Assembly (NCBI GenBank): GCA_951406725.2
Contig: OX597831.1
Coordinates: 61,938,001 to 62,002,000 of the forward strand
DNA: 64,000 nt
Reading direction: 5' to 3'
Source of the DNA: Octopus vulgaris
Lineage: Eukaryota
Of this stretch, positions 1 through 14,314 are shown piece by piece (position 1 is the first letter of the stretch; each line of letters begins with the position of its first letter). A program made the translations under genes and the position numbers. The notes beneath the pieces were generated by a model. The model was not told the DNA's origin. It did not search any database and was given only the letters and a program-made list of their open reading frames with translations.

Positions 1-130
1 TGTAGATTTTAGTCACATGAAATATGGATATCACCAGAGGACTGTATATTAATATAAACATCGAGCTAAGGGAAAGAGTCTACGCATACTATTAGAAATA
101 GTAGTCACATTCCTATCAAAAGGCAAGTAT

Positions 131-428
131 TCTTGTTTGTTCCTTCTCGAGCCATCCCTGGCTCATAGGGTCGGTTTCCCGGTTTCCTTGGCGTATAGGT
201 TCCTCACCTGGATGGGACGCCGGTCCGTCGCAGATGAGCTGCAAGATGCGGGAGGAAATAGTGAGGGAAAATTGTGGCGAAAGAGTCAGCAGAAATTCGC
301 CATTACCTTTGGCCGGAGCCGCGTGAATCTTAGGTGTTTTGCTCATAAACACACATATCGCCCGGTCTGAGATTCGAACCCGCGATTCCTCGACCGCTGT
401 TTTAACCACTAGGCTATGTGCCTCCACA
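131..428 (-). mobile_element. tRNA-derived SINE, family A (tail type 1)
   Basis: Minus strand begins TGTGGAGGCACATAGCCTAGTGGTT (Pol III box A) ... GGTTCGAATCTC (box B); close match to 6631-6930. Confidence 0.85.
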
Positions 429-621
429 TCATAAAGTATACTATTGTATTAAATATATAAGGGTACACTGGGAAATATATTGCTGATATACAAATATATG
501 AGTTGATTAGTGTTGAATTGCCTTTAATAATTAGTCTACTCAATAAAGGTTAACTTGCGGTGAAGAAAAACAGCTCCAGTAACCATGTTGTAAACTTTTG
601 TAGTGCTACATTATTTCCTAA

Positions 622-780
622 TGATCCTTTCTACAGTAGATACAAGGTCTAAAAATTTCGAGGCGGAGACTAGTCGATTACATCGACCCCAGTGTTTCAC
701 TGGTACTTAATTTATCGACCCCGAAAGAATGAAAGTGACCTCGACGGAATTTGAACTCAGAACGTAGCAACGGCTAAATA
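622..780 (-). mobile_element. SINE family C, partial
   Basis: Family C core CATCGACCCCAGTG...GGTACTTAATTTATCGACCCCGAAAG...GAATTTGAACTCAGAACGTA. Confidence 0.75.
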
Positions 781-1347
781 TTTCCAGAAAGCAATTCTTT
801 AAAAATAGGACACATCAATGTTTGAATTTCTCAGTATATGTAACAAAATGTTTAATTCATTAAAATGTTAGGATTCATGTCCATGAAGTAAGTTTTGAAA
901 TAACATCATTAACCAATTACCAAACATTACTGTTTAGCTTTCTCAAGAAAGATCAGGATTTGAATTTTAGATTGCGGCATGTGTTAATGCAAATAAAATC
1001 ATATATGCCATTTATCATTAGTAATGTATTTCACGGCTCCTAACAAATTTATTATTCCGTTAGATTAGTATGCATTTGATAACCTGTTTGTAGGGATTCA
1101 AACTATTCTTTAGATAATTGGTATTGAGGTTTTATTTGCGCTAACATAAAAGATATACAATTGATATGAATGACGCTGACAGAACGCGTATTATCAGTAT
1201 AATACAAAAATAGTCTACACATTTGCAGAACCTCTAAAATTGCTGCAACGAAGCTTGAAACCTTCAATATGCTTTAGGATGCATGCTTCTATCATTCAGG
1301 CAGTTAAAGCAAAACTCTCAAATTTGAGCTCAATATTAATAAATATA

Positions 1348-1764
1348 TATTTCTTTACTAATCACAAGAGGCTAAACATAAAGGAGACAAACAAGGGCAG
1401 ACAAAGGAACTAAGTCGATTACATCGACCCCAGTGCGAAACTGGTACTTTATTTATCGACCCCGATAGGATGAAAGGGAAAGTCGACCTCGGCGGAATTT
1501 GAACTCAGAGCATAACGACAGAGGAAATACCTATTTATTTACTACCCACCAGGGGCTAAACACAGAGAGGACAAACAAGGACAGACAAACGGATAAAGTC
1601 GATTATATTGACCCCAGTGCGTAACTGGTACTTACTTACTCGACCCCGAAAGGATGAAAGGCAAAGTCGACCTCGGGGGAATTTGAACTCAGAACGTAAC
1701 GGCAGACGAAATATCGCTAAGCATTTCGCGCGGTGCGCTAACGTTTCTGCCAGCTCGCCGCCTT
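1348..1764 (-). mobile_element. SINE family C, internally duplicated (dimeric) copy with 22-bp TSD
   Basis: Head GGCGGCGAGCTGGCAGAAACGTTAG; body present twice; TSD GAGCTCAATATTAATAAATATA at 1326-1347 and 1766-1787. Confidence 0.9.
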
Positions 1765-3573
1765 CGAGCTCAATATTAATAAATATAAGTTACCGATTAC
1801 AAACTATCAACAGATACATTTTTGAGACAAAGTAAACTTGAAATGTAAAATGCATTACCAAATAAGATGCATATCGTCCAGGTTTCACTATTAAATATGT
1901 TTGTCGTTTCAGAAGCAAACAAGCTATTTCATGTAAAATGAAAAGCATTGTTTCGAGAGTATTATGTCACTGTAATATGCTGAATGACGTAATCAGGACT
2001 GACTCTCAGACATTTCCTTATGTTTACCGAACAATAGAGCCACACTTAGCTAATATATTTAAAGTATATTTCGAATTTTGGTTTCAGAAAAGGAAAAAAA
2101 ATATTTGCTCGACAGGCAAAATGTACACGTAGAATATATATTTGATAGTATTTAATGTCCCCTGATAATCTATGCAAATCATCCGATTCATTTTATCACA
2201 TGAACTATGAAACTAAAATGAAATATTTGTCTTACAAACACGTCTTCAACTAAACAACATTTTCCAATGATTAAAAGAAAAAATTTCTCTCTATTCGATA
2301 AAACAAGAAGTACTACATAGAATAAAAGCAGAAGCAGCTCTGCATGGATTTACATAGCTTCTCCTTTCTATTTCCACATTCAATATTAGGCACAGTGTAG
2401 TAAACGAGTAAAAGAAAAACAAAGTATGTATTTTATCTATGACAGGTACTTAAAATATGTTTGGATAACAAAGGAATCGGATTCTCGAATAATGCAAATT
2501 ACGTTTACCTCACTTGAAATATTTGAATTTTCAGTATAATTCATTACACGCTAGTTCTATTTTCTCTTACATTAGATCTAATATAATGCATAATTTATCT
2601 TCTTTTAGAATCAAACGAATCAGTATCAAATTTATTGCCAGATCGAAAATATTTTATTCTCCTCATCTGAACGACAATCGATGAGGAGGTCAAAGGAACA
2701 CATCACTGATAACAAGTTACGTGGAAGTAGTGCAATAAGAATTACAGGAATAAAGGAGATTCTTTGAAAGAAAAAAAAAAGAAAGAACATTTGTTGCATA
2801 GATTGTTTCCTTGACGTGTAAGATATTCAGATAATCAAACTTCCTTTCGTTTAACACGAAACTGTACAAAAGATTACTGTATTTTTCAGCATTTCAAGTA
2901 TCAGACTTAAGAGTAGAATTTCTTCTTTCCGATATTATAACAAAGAAATGAAATGCATTTCAGTTGTTCAAGTGTAGAAAGGAATACGATATCATTTATA
3001 CTACGTTCTCATTTCAGGATAAAGCCAAGAAGTATTACACATCTTGCAGTGTTCAACTGCATCGAGTTCCACATTTATAAATATAATCCTTTATATAGGA
3101 ATCCATATGAAATCAGTGAATCAAAGCTACTAGAAGCAAATCAGGATTTCCTTAAGTGTAAGATAAACTGAGTTGTTGTACATGGTCAGTATCTTGAATA
3201 ACACTAATAATATAAAAATAGTTGATATCAGTATCAAAAGATATCTGGAAAATGTTGGTATATTTCGAGGAAATTTTGACTACTAAAATTGGTACGTGAC
3301 CAGTTATAGCATTTGAAACAATGGTACTGTCAATTATATTGACTCCACTTTTGGACTATTATTTATTTTACCGACTCTGAAATAAGTAAAGGAAAAGATT
3401 ACCTCTTCACGTATTGAACTGAGCTTGTTAAAAGAGTATCAAATTATCATAAGTTATATCGCACAATGTTCTAATGTTTCTGTTGAAAATATGGTAACTA
3501 CATCATTGTACAATGCAAAAAATGCAAGACTGCACATGTAATAACTGCTACCGATTATATTTGAAAGGTTTTA

Positions 3574-3989
3574 GGACGGCGAGCTGGGAGAACCGTTAGC
3601 ACGCCGGGCGAAATGTGTAGCCGTATTTCGTCTGCCGTTACGTTCTGAGTTCAAATTTCGCCAAGGTTGCCTTTGCCTTTCATATTTTCGGGGGTCGATA
3701 AATTAAGTACCAGTTACGCACTGGGGTCCATGTAATCGACTTAATCCGTTTGTCTGTCCTTGTTCGTCCTCTCTGCGTTTAGCCCCTTGTGGGTAGTAAA
3801 GAAATAGGTATTTCGTCTGTCATTACGTTCTGAGTTCAAATTCTGCCAAGGTTGACTTTGCCTTTCATCATCTAGGGGTCGATAAATTAAGTACCAGTTT
3901 CGCACTGGGTCGATGCAATCGATTTAATCCGTTTGTCTGTCCTTGTTTGTCCCCTCTATGTTTAGCCCCTTGTGGGCAGTAAAGAAATA
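3574..3989 (+). mobile_element. SINE family C, dimeric copy with ~18-bp TSD
   Basis: Same head and duplicated body; TSD TATATTTG(A/T)AAGGTTTTA at 3556-3573 and 3990-4007. Confidence 0.9.
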
Positions 3990-5574
3990 TATATTTGTAA
4001 GGTTTTATGACGCAAACGTCTCGGAAATTGTACTGAATCGGCGGTTTGGATAGAGTCCAACAAAATTATACGATAAGATTGGATTGATTTACTAAACCAT
4101 CAACGCAACACGAAGATACGAAAATCAAAAACTTAACAAATCACATTTAAAAAGAATTAACATTTATAAAATTTTGACTTATATAAATTATTATTTCTTG
4201 TCCATTTATCGTATCCACATATATGCAAATAAGATTTGGGATACGAATGTTTGGTATCCAATACTTGAATGCATAATTTATTCAATAAAAATCCTGAGAA
4301 TCCATTTTTCTGCAATTATAGAAAAATTTCAGTTCATTTAATTATATTGTTTTATTTTTATTTTTATTTTTAAATGAATAGCTACAAGCTGTTACGCGGC
4401 AATCATTTCCTGAAATTTCAGTAATATGTATGAATAATTTCAACTATGCTTTCTATAACATATTTATGTTTCCTTGAGGCAATTTTATTCAAGCCGAAAC
4501 TTAACAACCACGATTGTAAGTGAGAGAAATATTTATTACTATAATACTTTTACAGCTGAATTACATGGCGAAAGACAAATAATTAAAAAAAAAAAATCTG
4601 ATATGCCATTAACTCTTAAACACGATGCCATGTCATATTTTGAGAAAAATCGTTTTGATTAAATGTAGGCACACACGTAGAAAAATAAAAGATTTAAAAC
4701 ATGTCATTCTGCAAAGATCTGCAATTTGCCATTACTTTTCAACGAAAAAATTCTGCGTGTTTTTATCAATTACACATCTTAGTTGTGAGTCGAGGCTATT
4801 ATTAATGTTATCATTCTGAACATCAGTTGATGAAAACGAAGCAATAAAAATTTATAATCCGTATCGATCTCGCGTTTTGTTACAAAACTATTCTAAGACA
4901 TTGCTTTTAAGACAACTTTAACGAATGTTTAACAAGAATTGTTACTATCAAATGTACATGATAATATAAGCGAACGTGGTTAATTTCCTCTTAACAAATG
5001 CCATCCATATAAATTTTCGTATGACTAAGCGACAGTGCATATACATATATTTAATAATCAGAAATAAGCATACAGACACAAGATCTGTCATGTAATCGCA
5101 AACTGAGACCAAAATTATGAACGTTTTAAGTAATATTATGTACGCCACATATATGTATTAGAAATCTGATTGGTTGCACAATGAATCATGGCAAAATAAT
5201 CGAGGGAAATATACTGAGCTGACACTTATCAGCGTCAGCATTTTGTCTTGTCTAATGTGTTATTACCAACGATGTTTTATTTTTCACATCAACGCTCATA
5301 CAACAGTCAAAAGATCAAAGGTATTCAAGCCGTGTTAAATCCGTCTGTTTAAGAAAATGCATGAGAAAAATATCCAGTTTATCCCTTACAAATGAAAACG
5401 TCAGTATTGAAAGAAGGACCTAAGTGTTATTTCTGTATATTAGATCGATCATACCAGCAGTCTGTGTATGACTCATTCCGTTATAAATTGAAGTGGGTTT
5501 TATTTGTAAATTTGTCTTTATCTCTTTGTTTTGCAAAAGTGCATTGATGTAGCAAACTTCGTTTTCAGTCAACA

Positions 5575-5622
5575 TATAAGCACATATATACATATATGTA
5601 TATATGTATATATATGTATATA

Positions 5623-5678
<56 letters not shown>

Positions 5679-5960
5679 CATACACACACACAGATATATA
5701 TATATATATATATATATATATCTATGTGCGTATCTCTGTGTCTGAGTTTTTCCTCCACCATCGCTTGACAACCGATGTTGATGTGTTTACGTGAATTAGC
5801 GGTTCGGCAAAAGTGACCGATAGAATAAGTACTAGGCTTACAAAGAATAAATCATGGGGTCAATATCTTCAGCTAAAAAAAGATCTTTCAAGGCGGTGCT
5901 CCAGCATGGCCACATTCAAATGAAGGAACCAATTAAAAGAATAGAAGAATAAAAGAAAGA
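5575..5960 (+). mobile_element. SINE family B 3' half preceded by (TA)n/(CA)n microsatellite
   Basis: GCTTGACAACCGATG...GCGGTTCGGCAAAAG...AAGGCGGTGCTCCAGCATGGCC tail. Confidence 0.8.
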
Positions 5961-6630
5961 ATTCTCTACAAGTATTCTGTTGCACTAGTAAAAGAATGTT
6001 CGATAAAAGATTGGCCTCTCGCAGAGAGATATACATATATTCCAAAGCCAAAATGTTAGGACAGCAGAAATATCATTCTTAGCATCTTTCTTAGATAGAA
6101 TTATTCAGAATTATTGTTGACTTACAAAAACGCACACTCACACACACACACACACACATACACACACACACACACACACACATACACACAACCACGCACA
6201 GAATATGCGCTCGGACAGTGACGCTCTCGGCAATACACACACATGCGTAATTTTAATATTAATGAAGTGAAAGAAAAGGTATTCAATACAGTAGTAAAAT
6301 ATAAATAATTTAAAAATAAATGCCTTCATATGCTCTTGTACGTTTCATTGAATTTCATACAGCATACGGAGCATATAATCAAGAAATATAAAGAAAAAAA
6401 TGAAGAATTATACATCTACAAAATTTGATTATTGCAGTATCATTTTTATTAGATTTCAGTCTAACACGTGTTTGTGCCAGATAAGTGTCTCAATGACCTT
6501 TTATGTAGCATTTAAGTGCATTTACTTGATTCATTTGCAGTACATATTTATTCAAAGTAAACATCACTATGCATCTTTACTCAAGGTTTTATAGTCCTGG
6601 GCTGTAAGGGATAAGGGCACTAAATATGAT

Positions 6631-6930
6631 GTTTGTTCCTTCTCGAGCCACGCCTGGTTCATAATGGCCGGTTTCTTTAGCGTATAGGTTCCCCACCTGG
6701 ACAAGACGCCGGTCCGTCGCAGGTGAGCTGCAAGGTGCAGGAGGAAAGGGTGAGGGAAAGTTGTGGCGAAAGAATCAGCAAAGAACGCCATTACCTTCTG
6801 CCGGAGCCGCGTGAAGCTTAGGTGTTTCTCTCATAAACACACACATCGCCCGGTCTGAGATTCCAACCCGCAATCCCTCGACCGCGAATCCGCTACTCTA
6901 ACCACTAGGCTATGGGCTATATGCCTCCAC
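6631..6930 (-). mobile_element. SINE family A (tail type 1) with 13-bp TSD
   Basis: Homologous to 131-428; TSD CACTAAA(T/G)ATGAT at 6618-6630 and 6932-6944. Confidence 0.85.
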
Positions 6931-7474
6931 TCACTAAAGATGATATTAAATGGGCAATTATTAGCAGCACTTCATCGTATGATATTGGGAACTCGAAGTG
7001 TAATCTATGTTTGTGAGTAATATTCCATATCTTTACCTTTAATTACAGGTTTTAAATAACGGAATCGGATTTGCTCTAAAATTTGCCCATTCATTTAGAA
7101 AAGTACTTAAATACTCTTCAAAGAAGGACATTTAACTGAATATCTCGTAGATAGAAGTGCCCATAACCAAATCAAATAATCGCAAATTTTATCAAGTTAG
7201 AATTGAACAAGCTCTTAATGAACATGAAAATAATAATTCTTTTGTTAATTAGCACGAAATATGATTAAAATTTCGACTCACTTAACTACTTCTAATCAAC
7301 ACTACACTGCTAATATTTAAAAAAAAGTGTAAAACTCGATTGCTATTGTCAGGTCTAAACACCTAAATTAAAATGATATTTATTTCCTCTTTATTTCTAC
7401 TTTCCTTCAATTCCTTTTAAATGTGTGCATAAAACGTATGTGGAATCATTTTATCCTCATTATGCATGGTGAAT

Positions 7475-7908
7475 AAGGCGGCGAGCAGGCAGAAACGTTA
7501 GCCCACCGGGCGAAATGCTTAGCGTGTTTCATCTGTCTTTACCTTCTGAGTTCAAATTCCGCCGCGGTTGATTTTGCCTTTCATTCTTTCGGGGTCGATA
7601 AATTAAGTACCAGTTACGCACTGGGGTCGATATAATCGACTTAATCCGTCGTTTGTCTGTCCTTGTTTGTACCCTTTATGTTTAGCTCCTTGTGGGCAAA
7701 AAAGAAATAAGAAACGTTAGCACGCCGGGCGAAATGCTTAGCGTATTTCGTCTGTCTTTACTTTCTGAATTCAAATTCCGCCGCGGTCGACTTTCACTTT
7801 CATTCTTTCGCGGTCGATAAATTGAGCACCAGTTGCGTACTAAGGTCGATCTAATCTACTGGCCCTCTCCCCCAAAATTTCGGGCCTTGTGCTTACAGTA
7901 GGAAAGAT
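7475..7908 (+). mobile_element. SINE family C, dimer with two different tails
   Basis: Two tandem C bodies; imperfect TSD ATTATG...GGTGAAT at 7459-7474 and 7907-7922. Confidence 0.85.
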
Positions 7909-7999
7909 TATGAGCGGTGAATGATGTGAATACATTCTGAATTAAGGTTCTGTACTTCTGCTAAGTGTATAAAATAATCTCCCTTAAATTTTTCAAAAG

Positions 8000-8700
8000 G
8001 TTTAAATGATATCAGAACTATATTTCAAAGGAACCTCTGCTGCCTCGTACCCAAATGTTTATGACTTCCTAACGTTGACCAACATTAACATAGACTATCT
8101 TCAGATCGCTTCATCCACCTGCATAGATAAAACCTTGAACAAAGATGCATAGGAATGCCTATATTAGATGAATACATACCGCAACCTAATCAATTAAATG
8201 CACATAAATAATACAACAAGGGAAATTAGTACATTTATCGAGCAGAAACAGGTGTCGGATTGGAATTTAAATGAGAATAATACTGTGTGTGCGTGTGTGA
8301 GTGTCTGTTAGCTGTGAACTTAACAAAATAAAATTTTTGTGACTATCCCCATATTGGAAAGAGAGGCAGGATGTCAAGGTAGAGCCAACACTGCAGACCA
8401 CTAAAGAGTCAATGCATCACAGATTGTTGTATATGAGGCGGGTGTGTCGCCGAAGTATTCCAGTGGAAGGACGTGTGAAAGCATATGGGCGCGACAAAGG
8501 GTCCCTTCAGGACCAAATTTAACAAGTCGGGCTTTAATGTCATGAAGGTAGCGAGGCACCAATGGTGATTAAAAAGTAATCCCACCGATTGTAACATCAG
8601 GAGTATCGCAATGGATAAAGGCAAAAACTTTCTTCAATGACAGCTGTTGGTACAAGCTCTAAATAGACAACAGAAACGTCCTCACTCTGGCACCTACCTA
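8000..8700 (+). pseudogene. Highly decayed Penelope-like element, GIY-YIG region
   Basis: Frameshifted translation gives VVYEAGV...(Y/H)MGATKGPFRTKFNK, resembling PLE endonuclease VIYKA.V...YIG.T...FK.R. Confidence 0.55.
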
Positions 8701-8791
8701 AACTGTATAAGAGAGATTTTCCGATACTTTTCTTATGGGGGCTGTTATGCCCTTGATTACTGGCGGACTACCGTATGAAAATTTACTGTTG

Positions 8792-9007
8792 TTACTGCTA
8801 AAAGCCATTTCCAAATAAGTTAAGACAGCTACCACTGATGAGCTCTTCCTTCTTCTGTCGCTACTGCTAAAAGCCATTTCCAAATAAGTTAAGACAGCTA
8901 CCACTGATGAGCTCTTCCTTCTTCTGTCGCTACTGCTAAAAGCCATTTCCAAATAAGTTAAGACAGCTACCACTGATGAGCTCTTCCTTCTTCTGTCGCT
9001 ACTGCTA
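8792..9007. repeat. 69-bp minisatellite, three near-identical copies
   Basis: Unit CTACTGCTAAAAGCCATTTCCAAATAAGTTAAGACAGCTACCACTGATGAGCTCTTCCTTCTTCTGTCG starting at 8792, 8861, 8930. Confidence 0.95.
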
Positions 9008-9404
9008 CCATTACTGTTAATGTTATTATATATCAACAATAATGTAAACGAAATACCAGCACTGTATGATTTCTGTACGACAAACATGTCTGAATCCAGA
9101 CCTAATATCATTAGAATTTAAGTTGATTAAATTCAATATAGATTCTCATATATTTCAGTATGTCTAAATCGCCTTTTTAAGCGATTAAAATTGGCAATAT
9201 ATTTTGTTATAAATGTAAATATTTACTTTAACATTGATAGCATTTTCAAAGCATTTTTTTCTCGTATTTTTAATATAAATTTACTCGTTTTAGCCCTCTT
9301 CAACTTTTCAATCCATATATATCTGTATGTGTATGTTTGTGTGCGTGCATGCGTGTGCCTGCATATATATTTATGAGGATTTGTATATATATATATATAT
9401 AATA

Positions 9405-9670
9405 TAGGGAGAATTCACAAAAAAGAAAGAAAAGACGAAGACATGTGGAGTAGAAAACAAACGGATGTATTAGTTTAACGCTCGGGAAGTGAAAAAGACT
9501 TTAACACTTCGAGCCTAAGCTCTTCCACAGAAAGGATCACAACGGAACAAGGAGAGAAAATAAATAAAGAATGCGTAGTAGCTAACGATCTATCATGGCG
9601 AAAGCCGGATAGAGGGGTCTCCCAGGAGACCTAGGAAGAAGGGGAGATAATAAAGTAGTGGTGATCCCTA
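9405..9670 (-). mobile_element. Solo 3' repeat (pLTR-like) of the PLE family at 49.5-50.7 kb, next to (TA)n
   Basis: AAAGACGAAG...GTATTAGT...CGCTC.GGAA...TTCGAGCCTA.GCTCTTC.ACAGAAAG...GTAGCTAACGA matches 49455-49740. Confidence 0.75.
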
Positions 9671-10073
9671 TATACATATATATATATATTCTTATACATA
9701 TACTTACACATGCATGTATTATTTAAGTTAGTATTTGTGTGCGTGTGTATGTATACGCGTCCATATCTGACTTCGTGCGGCCGTATGTATCTATGTCTGC
9801 GTGCGCATGCAGCACACGCGTTTCTTTGAAAGATATCGATATGAATACATGTGTAAAAAAATTTTATATTCAGGCATGAAGTTTTTAACAACGTTGTGTT
9901 CAGTTGTTTCAGTGCATGTAAGTATCTATACGTGTATTAGTTATTTGCAAGTCATGTTACAAGCAATTTCCATTTGTATGTCTTTGTGAGAGTGTTGTTT
10001 ATAACCTGCATCTATTATAAGAAGCTACATGAGCACACGCTTGTTTCAATGCAGACTCACAAACAGATTGTGT

Positions 10074-10119
<46 letters not shown>

Positions 10120-10539
10120 ATCTGTGTTTTGTAAATGAATAGGTTTCTATGTCTGTCTGAATGGTTGCATGTGTTACTATACTTATTTGCATGTCAATGC
10201 ACAAATATGGTTTTCCAAATATTAGACTTCGTCGAAATTCATGTATGCGTTTATCAATATTTGTGTATGTATCTACGCATGTTACAAGCTATGTATGGTG
10301 ATATGCTTGTATGTAAATGTATGAGTCTCAATGTTTGAATTAAATTCTCCGACGAAAGACATACGTAACCGCTGAAGCAGTTGCCTGTTGCTGTATACAT
10401 ATTTTCACCACAAGGGAAATCAAACGTCTCCTACTATCAGTCTTCTAAAATACAATCTGAAGATTGTTTCAACTTGGATGATTATTTATTGTTAGACCTA
10501 GACCTTCTTGACACACTTTCCTCGTATGACACGCGCATT

Positions 10540-10690
10540 AACACACATGCACGCACGCACACACCCACCACACACACACACATGCGCAAACATATATAAC
10601 GTATATGAGGCATGTATGTGCGTGTCGGTGTCCATCTAGATATATATATGCAGAGCTTACATACATACATGCATGTATACACACACACAC

Positions 10691-10740
<50 letters not shown>

Positions 10741-11128
10741 ATATATATATATGTATGTATGTATATATGTATGTATATATGTATGTATATATGTATGTAT
10801 GCATATATTGATACAGATGTATAGATATACATATATGTAAAAGTGTATGTATAGATACTAGTACATACATATACACACACACACAAACATATGTATATAT
10901 ATATATATGCATACATATATAGATACATACATATGTATCTATACATGTATATGTATATATATGTAAATGTATATATATATATATATATATATAAAGCGTA
11001 TATATAGTCTCATATGCAAAGCAATGTGTGCAAATATATACATTCAAACCTTATTCCACTCTAAATTACTGTACATAACAGGAAGAGTGTGTGTGCATAT
11101 ATTAAGGTATGTATACATGTATATATAA

Positions 11129-11183
<55 letters not shown>

Positions 11184-11280
11184 CACATACACACACAAAC
11201 ACGCACACCAACACACATGAACACATACGCACGTACATACACAAGCACACATCTATATATATATATATATATATATATGA
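10540..11280. repeat. Compound (TA)n/(CA)n/(TATG)n microsatellite field
   Basis: Direct reading. Confidence 0.9.
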
Positions 11281-11743
11281 ATTCTTCCTTGGCGTTTTAC
11301 TCATCATCTACTACAACAAAACAGTTTCAACGGCGGCAATAACAACATAAATAAGTGAAATAAAATGCAAATAGAACGACAAAAAAATCTTTTTTCTAAC
11401 CATGAAACTAAACAGTATATAGCAGTATAGAATGTCATATGCTAAAAGCAGTTAATACATACATGTGATATTATTAAGACATTTTGCAATGTCCTTAGAA
11501 ATCTTCAAAGTTAAAACACGCAATACGTATATGAATCAATGAATATATATTTTCCTAAAGGAGACGTTATATGAGGCTCAAACGATAAATCGACTTACGC
11601 TAATATTACTAATTTCTGTTCTCTGTCATATTATGCGTTCAATTCCCAGGAGAATGTATTCTGCCTTTCATCTCACCAAGTCTACTAATATGCGTACCAG
11701 GGTTTACTGATTCGACTATGTACCACCAGTCTATACAATTACA

Positions 11744-11744
<1 letters not shown>

Positions 11745-11786
<42 letters not shown>

Positions 11787-11857
11787 GTATATATATAATG
11801 TATATATATTATATATATATAATATATATATATATATATAATATAATATATATATAA

Positions 11858-11909
<52 letters not shown>

Positions 11910-11910
11910 G

Positions 11911-11952
<42 letters not shown>

Positions 11953-12015
11953 GTATATTATACATATATATATTCTATATATATATATATACATGTATAT
12001 TATATATATATATTC

Positions 12016-12085
<70 letters not shown>

Positions 12086-12187
12086 TATATATATATATTC
12101 TATATATATATATATATATATATATTGTATATTATATATATATATTCTATATATATATATATATATATATGTATATTATATATATAT

Positions 12188-12236
<49 letters not shown>
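11745..12236. repeat. Long interrupted (TA)n tract with higher-order ATGTATATTA...ATTCTA subunits
   Basis: Direct reading. Confidence 0.95.
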
Positions 12237-12238
<2 letters not shown>

Positions 12239-12680
12239 GTGTTTACTTATATGTATGTATATATGTATGTATGTATAGGGAGACAGAGAAAGAGAAAGAG
12301 AGAGAGATATTGAATAAGATAATGGAAAAGCTAGTTTTTGATTTGACATTTTTTCTTCTGTTGGCAATATGACAAATTCACATCTAATACACCTAGTATT
12401 TATATGTCCATATGCATTATGTTCGCTTTGTACTTTTTTCTATTTGTGATATAGCTCATTTTTACATCTTTTTTCAAATATTTGTATTTGAATAACTTAC
12501 AATGTGTGATCTACCTGATTTCCGAAAAGGGTCGATTTTAGTACCGCGGACAGCTGGAGTTTCGTCACAAAACTGAGACATTGTTTAATACATCGAGCGG
12601 TACAATCTCTAAAAATCCTGTTGACATTTCCAGATAAACGTAAAACCCGTTCTGGCACGCTTAATTCTTAACACTCACAT

Positions 12681-12847
12681 GTGTTTGAAGTAATTGATCA
12701 TTAATGATCTGGAAATCAAATACTGTCTCGCAAAATGAACTGTTGAAACATTTAAGGATGTACCTTGGTTTTCTCATAATACGACTGTTATTTTCATGCA
12801 TTATTAATCTTCTCTATAGCTTGTATTAAGAATAGAACCAATATCAA
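12681..12847. repeat. ~167-bp direct repeat, copy 1
   Basis: Near-identical to 14315-14483. Confidence 0.95.
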
Positions 12848-12859
12848 ACCTTACAGAGA

Positions 12860-13400
12860 GGACCAGCAGAATAGTGAAACGTTTTGTGTCGAACTGTTGC
12901 AGCAAACGTGACAGAGCTAAACCTCCTTCTTGCCAACTCTGCACCAACCTAGGCCATTAGCTGTGAGCATCATAAAGCCGGATTCCAAGGGAGAGCTACA
13001 ATTGCTAAATACTCATCAAGGTTGATGAAGAGGAAAATGGTGTCTAGATCATTAGGCGCTCAATGAACAATGCCATCCTCTCTAATGTATCATCATTTAC
13101 TTTCATTTCTTCACTTTAGAGCAAGTTCATGTCTGGATACAGTCCAAATAAGGCATTCACTTAGAATGTTTTGTCCCATCGTAAAGCATGGAGGTAGCTT
13201 TGTGGTGAACTGAGCAGCAATATACCGGAAATCTCTTGGCTCTTCATTTGTTCCACATAGCATAGTCAATGCCAAGAATGACCTGAGTATTTTGGCTGAT
13301 TATATCCAGCCTGTGGTAAAAACATTGTTTTTTTATGGTGGATGCACCTTCCAAGATGGTACTGTGCTGATTCATACGACTAATATTAGTTCAAAATCAG
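12860..13400. pseudogene. Decayed Tc1-like transposase fragments
   Basis: Plus-strand PIVKHGGSFVV (Tc1 PTVKHGGGSVM) near 13175 and FQDGTVLIHT (FQ.DNA..H) near 13350. Confidence 0.65.
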
Positions 13401-14314
13401 GACGAGAATCGAGCCCAGAAGTACGGAAGAAGACTTGGATATAGGAGACCATTTATGTTGCATCTTGGAGCAGCAATCAAGGAGCCATTTCGCTTCACGG
13501 TCATCGCTGTAAAGGATAAAGCTGATGTTACTTGAAGAATAGCTTATAGTTTCCCTAACAATCACTCAGAATCAGTTCAAGTTAAATCATTGACATTAAA
13601 AATAATGAAGTTTTCTTTTAACAAGTTCTATTATTTTGTTTAGCAGCTGTGTATATACATACACACATACATACGTATGCCTGTATTTATATATGTACAT
13701 ATGAATGTATGAATATTTGTATACACACATAGGTATATACATGCACATGTGTGTGTATGTGCTTGTGTGTGTGTACGTATGTATGTAAGTGTGACTGGCA
13801 AAGGAAATTTCTAGTTGAAATATATTGGCTATAGAATTTAGAAAGAATGGCAGTGATACAATTTTAATGACAGACAATTTAGACTGCATTGTTTTACCCT
13901 AAGTCACGTGATGAATTTTGGTAGTAAATATGATGTAAACATCATTTTGCCGTCTGAAGATTAATTATATATAACGAACAAATGAAAGCGATAAATGTAG
14001 AATTATATGTGAATATTCGCTTGATGCGATAGAAAACTATCAAAGTATACGCATTTTAGTCTCAATGATTGTGATAAAACTGTACTTCTTTGCTGCAGTG
14101 TATTAATTTCAGATGCTAATTATTAACAATTGACCTTGAAGTAATTCTGAATGAGTCAACGAATTTAATCATAGTGATATTAACTAAGAGGAAACACAGC
14201 AAATGACAGTCTCATCATGAAATCTATCAAAGAGGAAGCTATTGTCATAAAGAGACAATGATTTTCTCGCGCAATATCGGAAATTGAACTATATATCTTT
14301 CATTAGGATCACTG

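Noticed and set aside
12540-12605. Minus-strand GACGAAAC...GTCCGCGG with possible stem I
   Set aside because: No recognisable CUGANGA core
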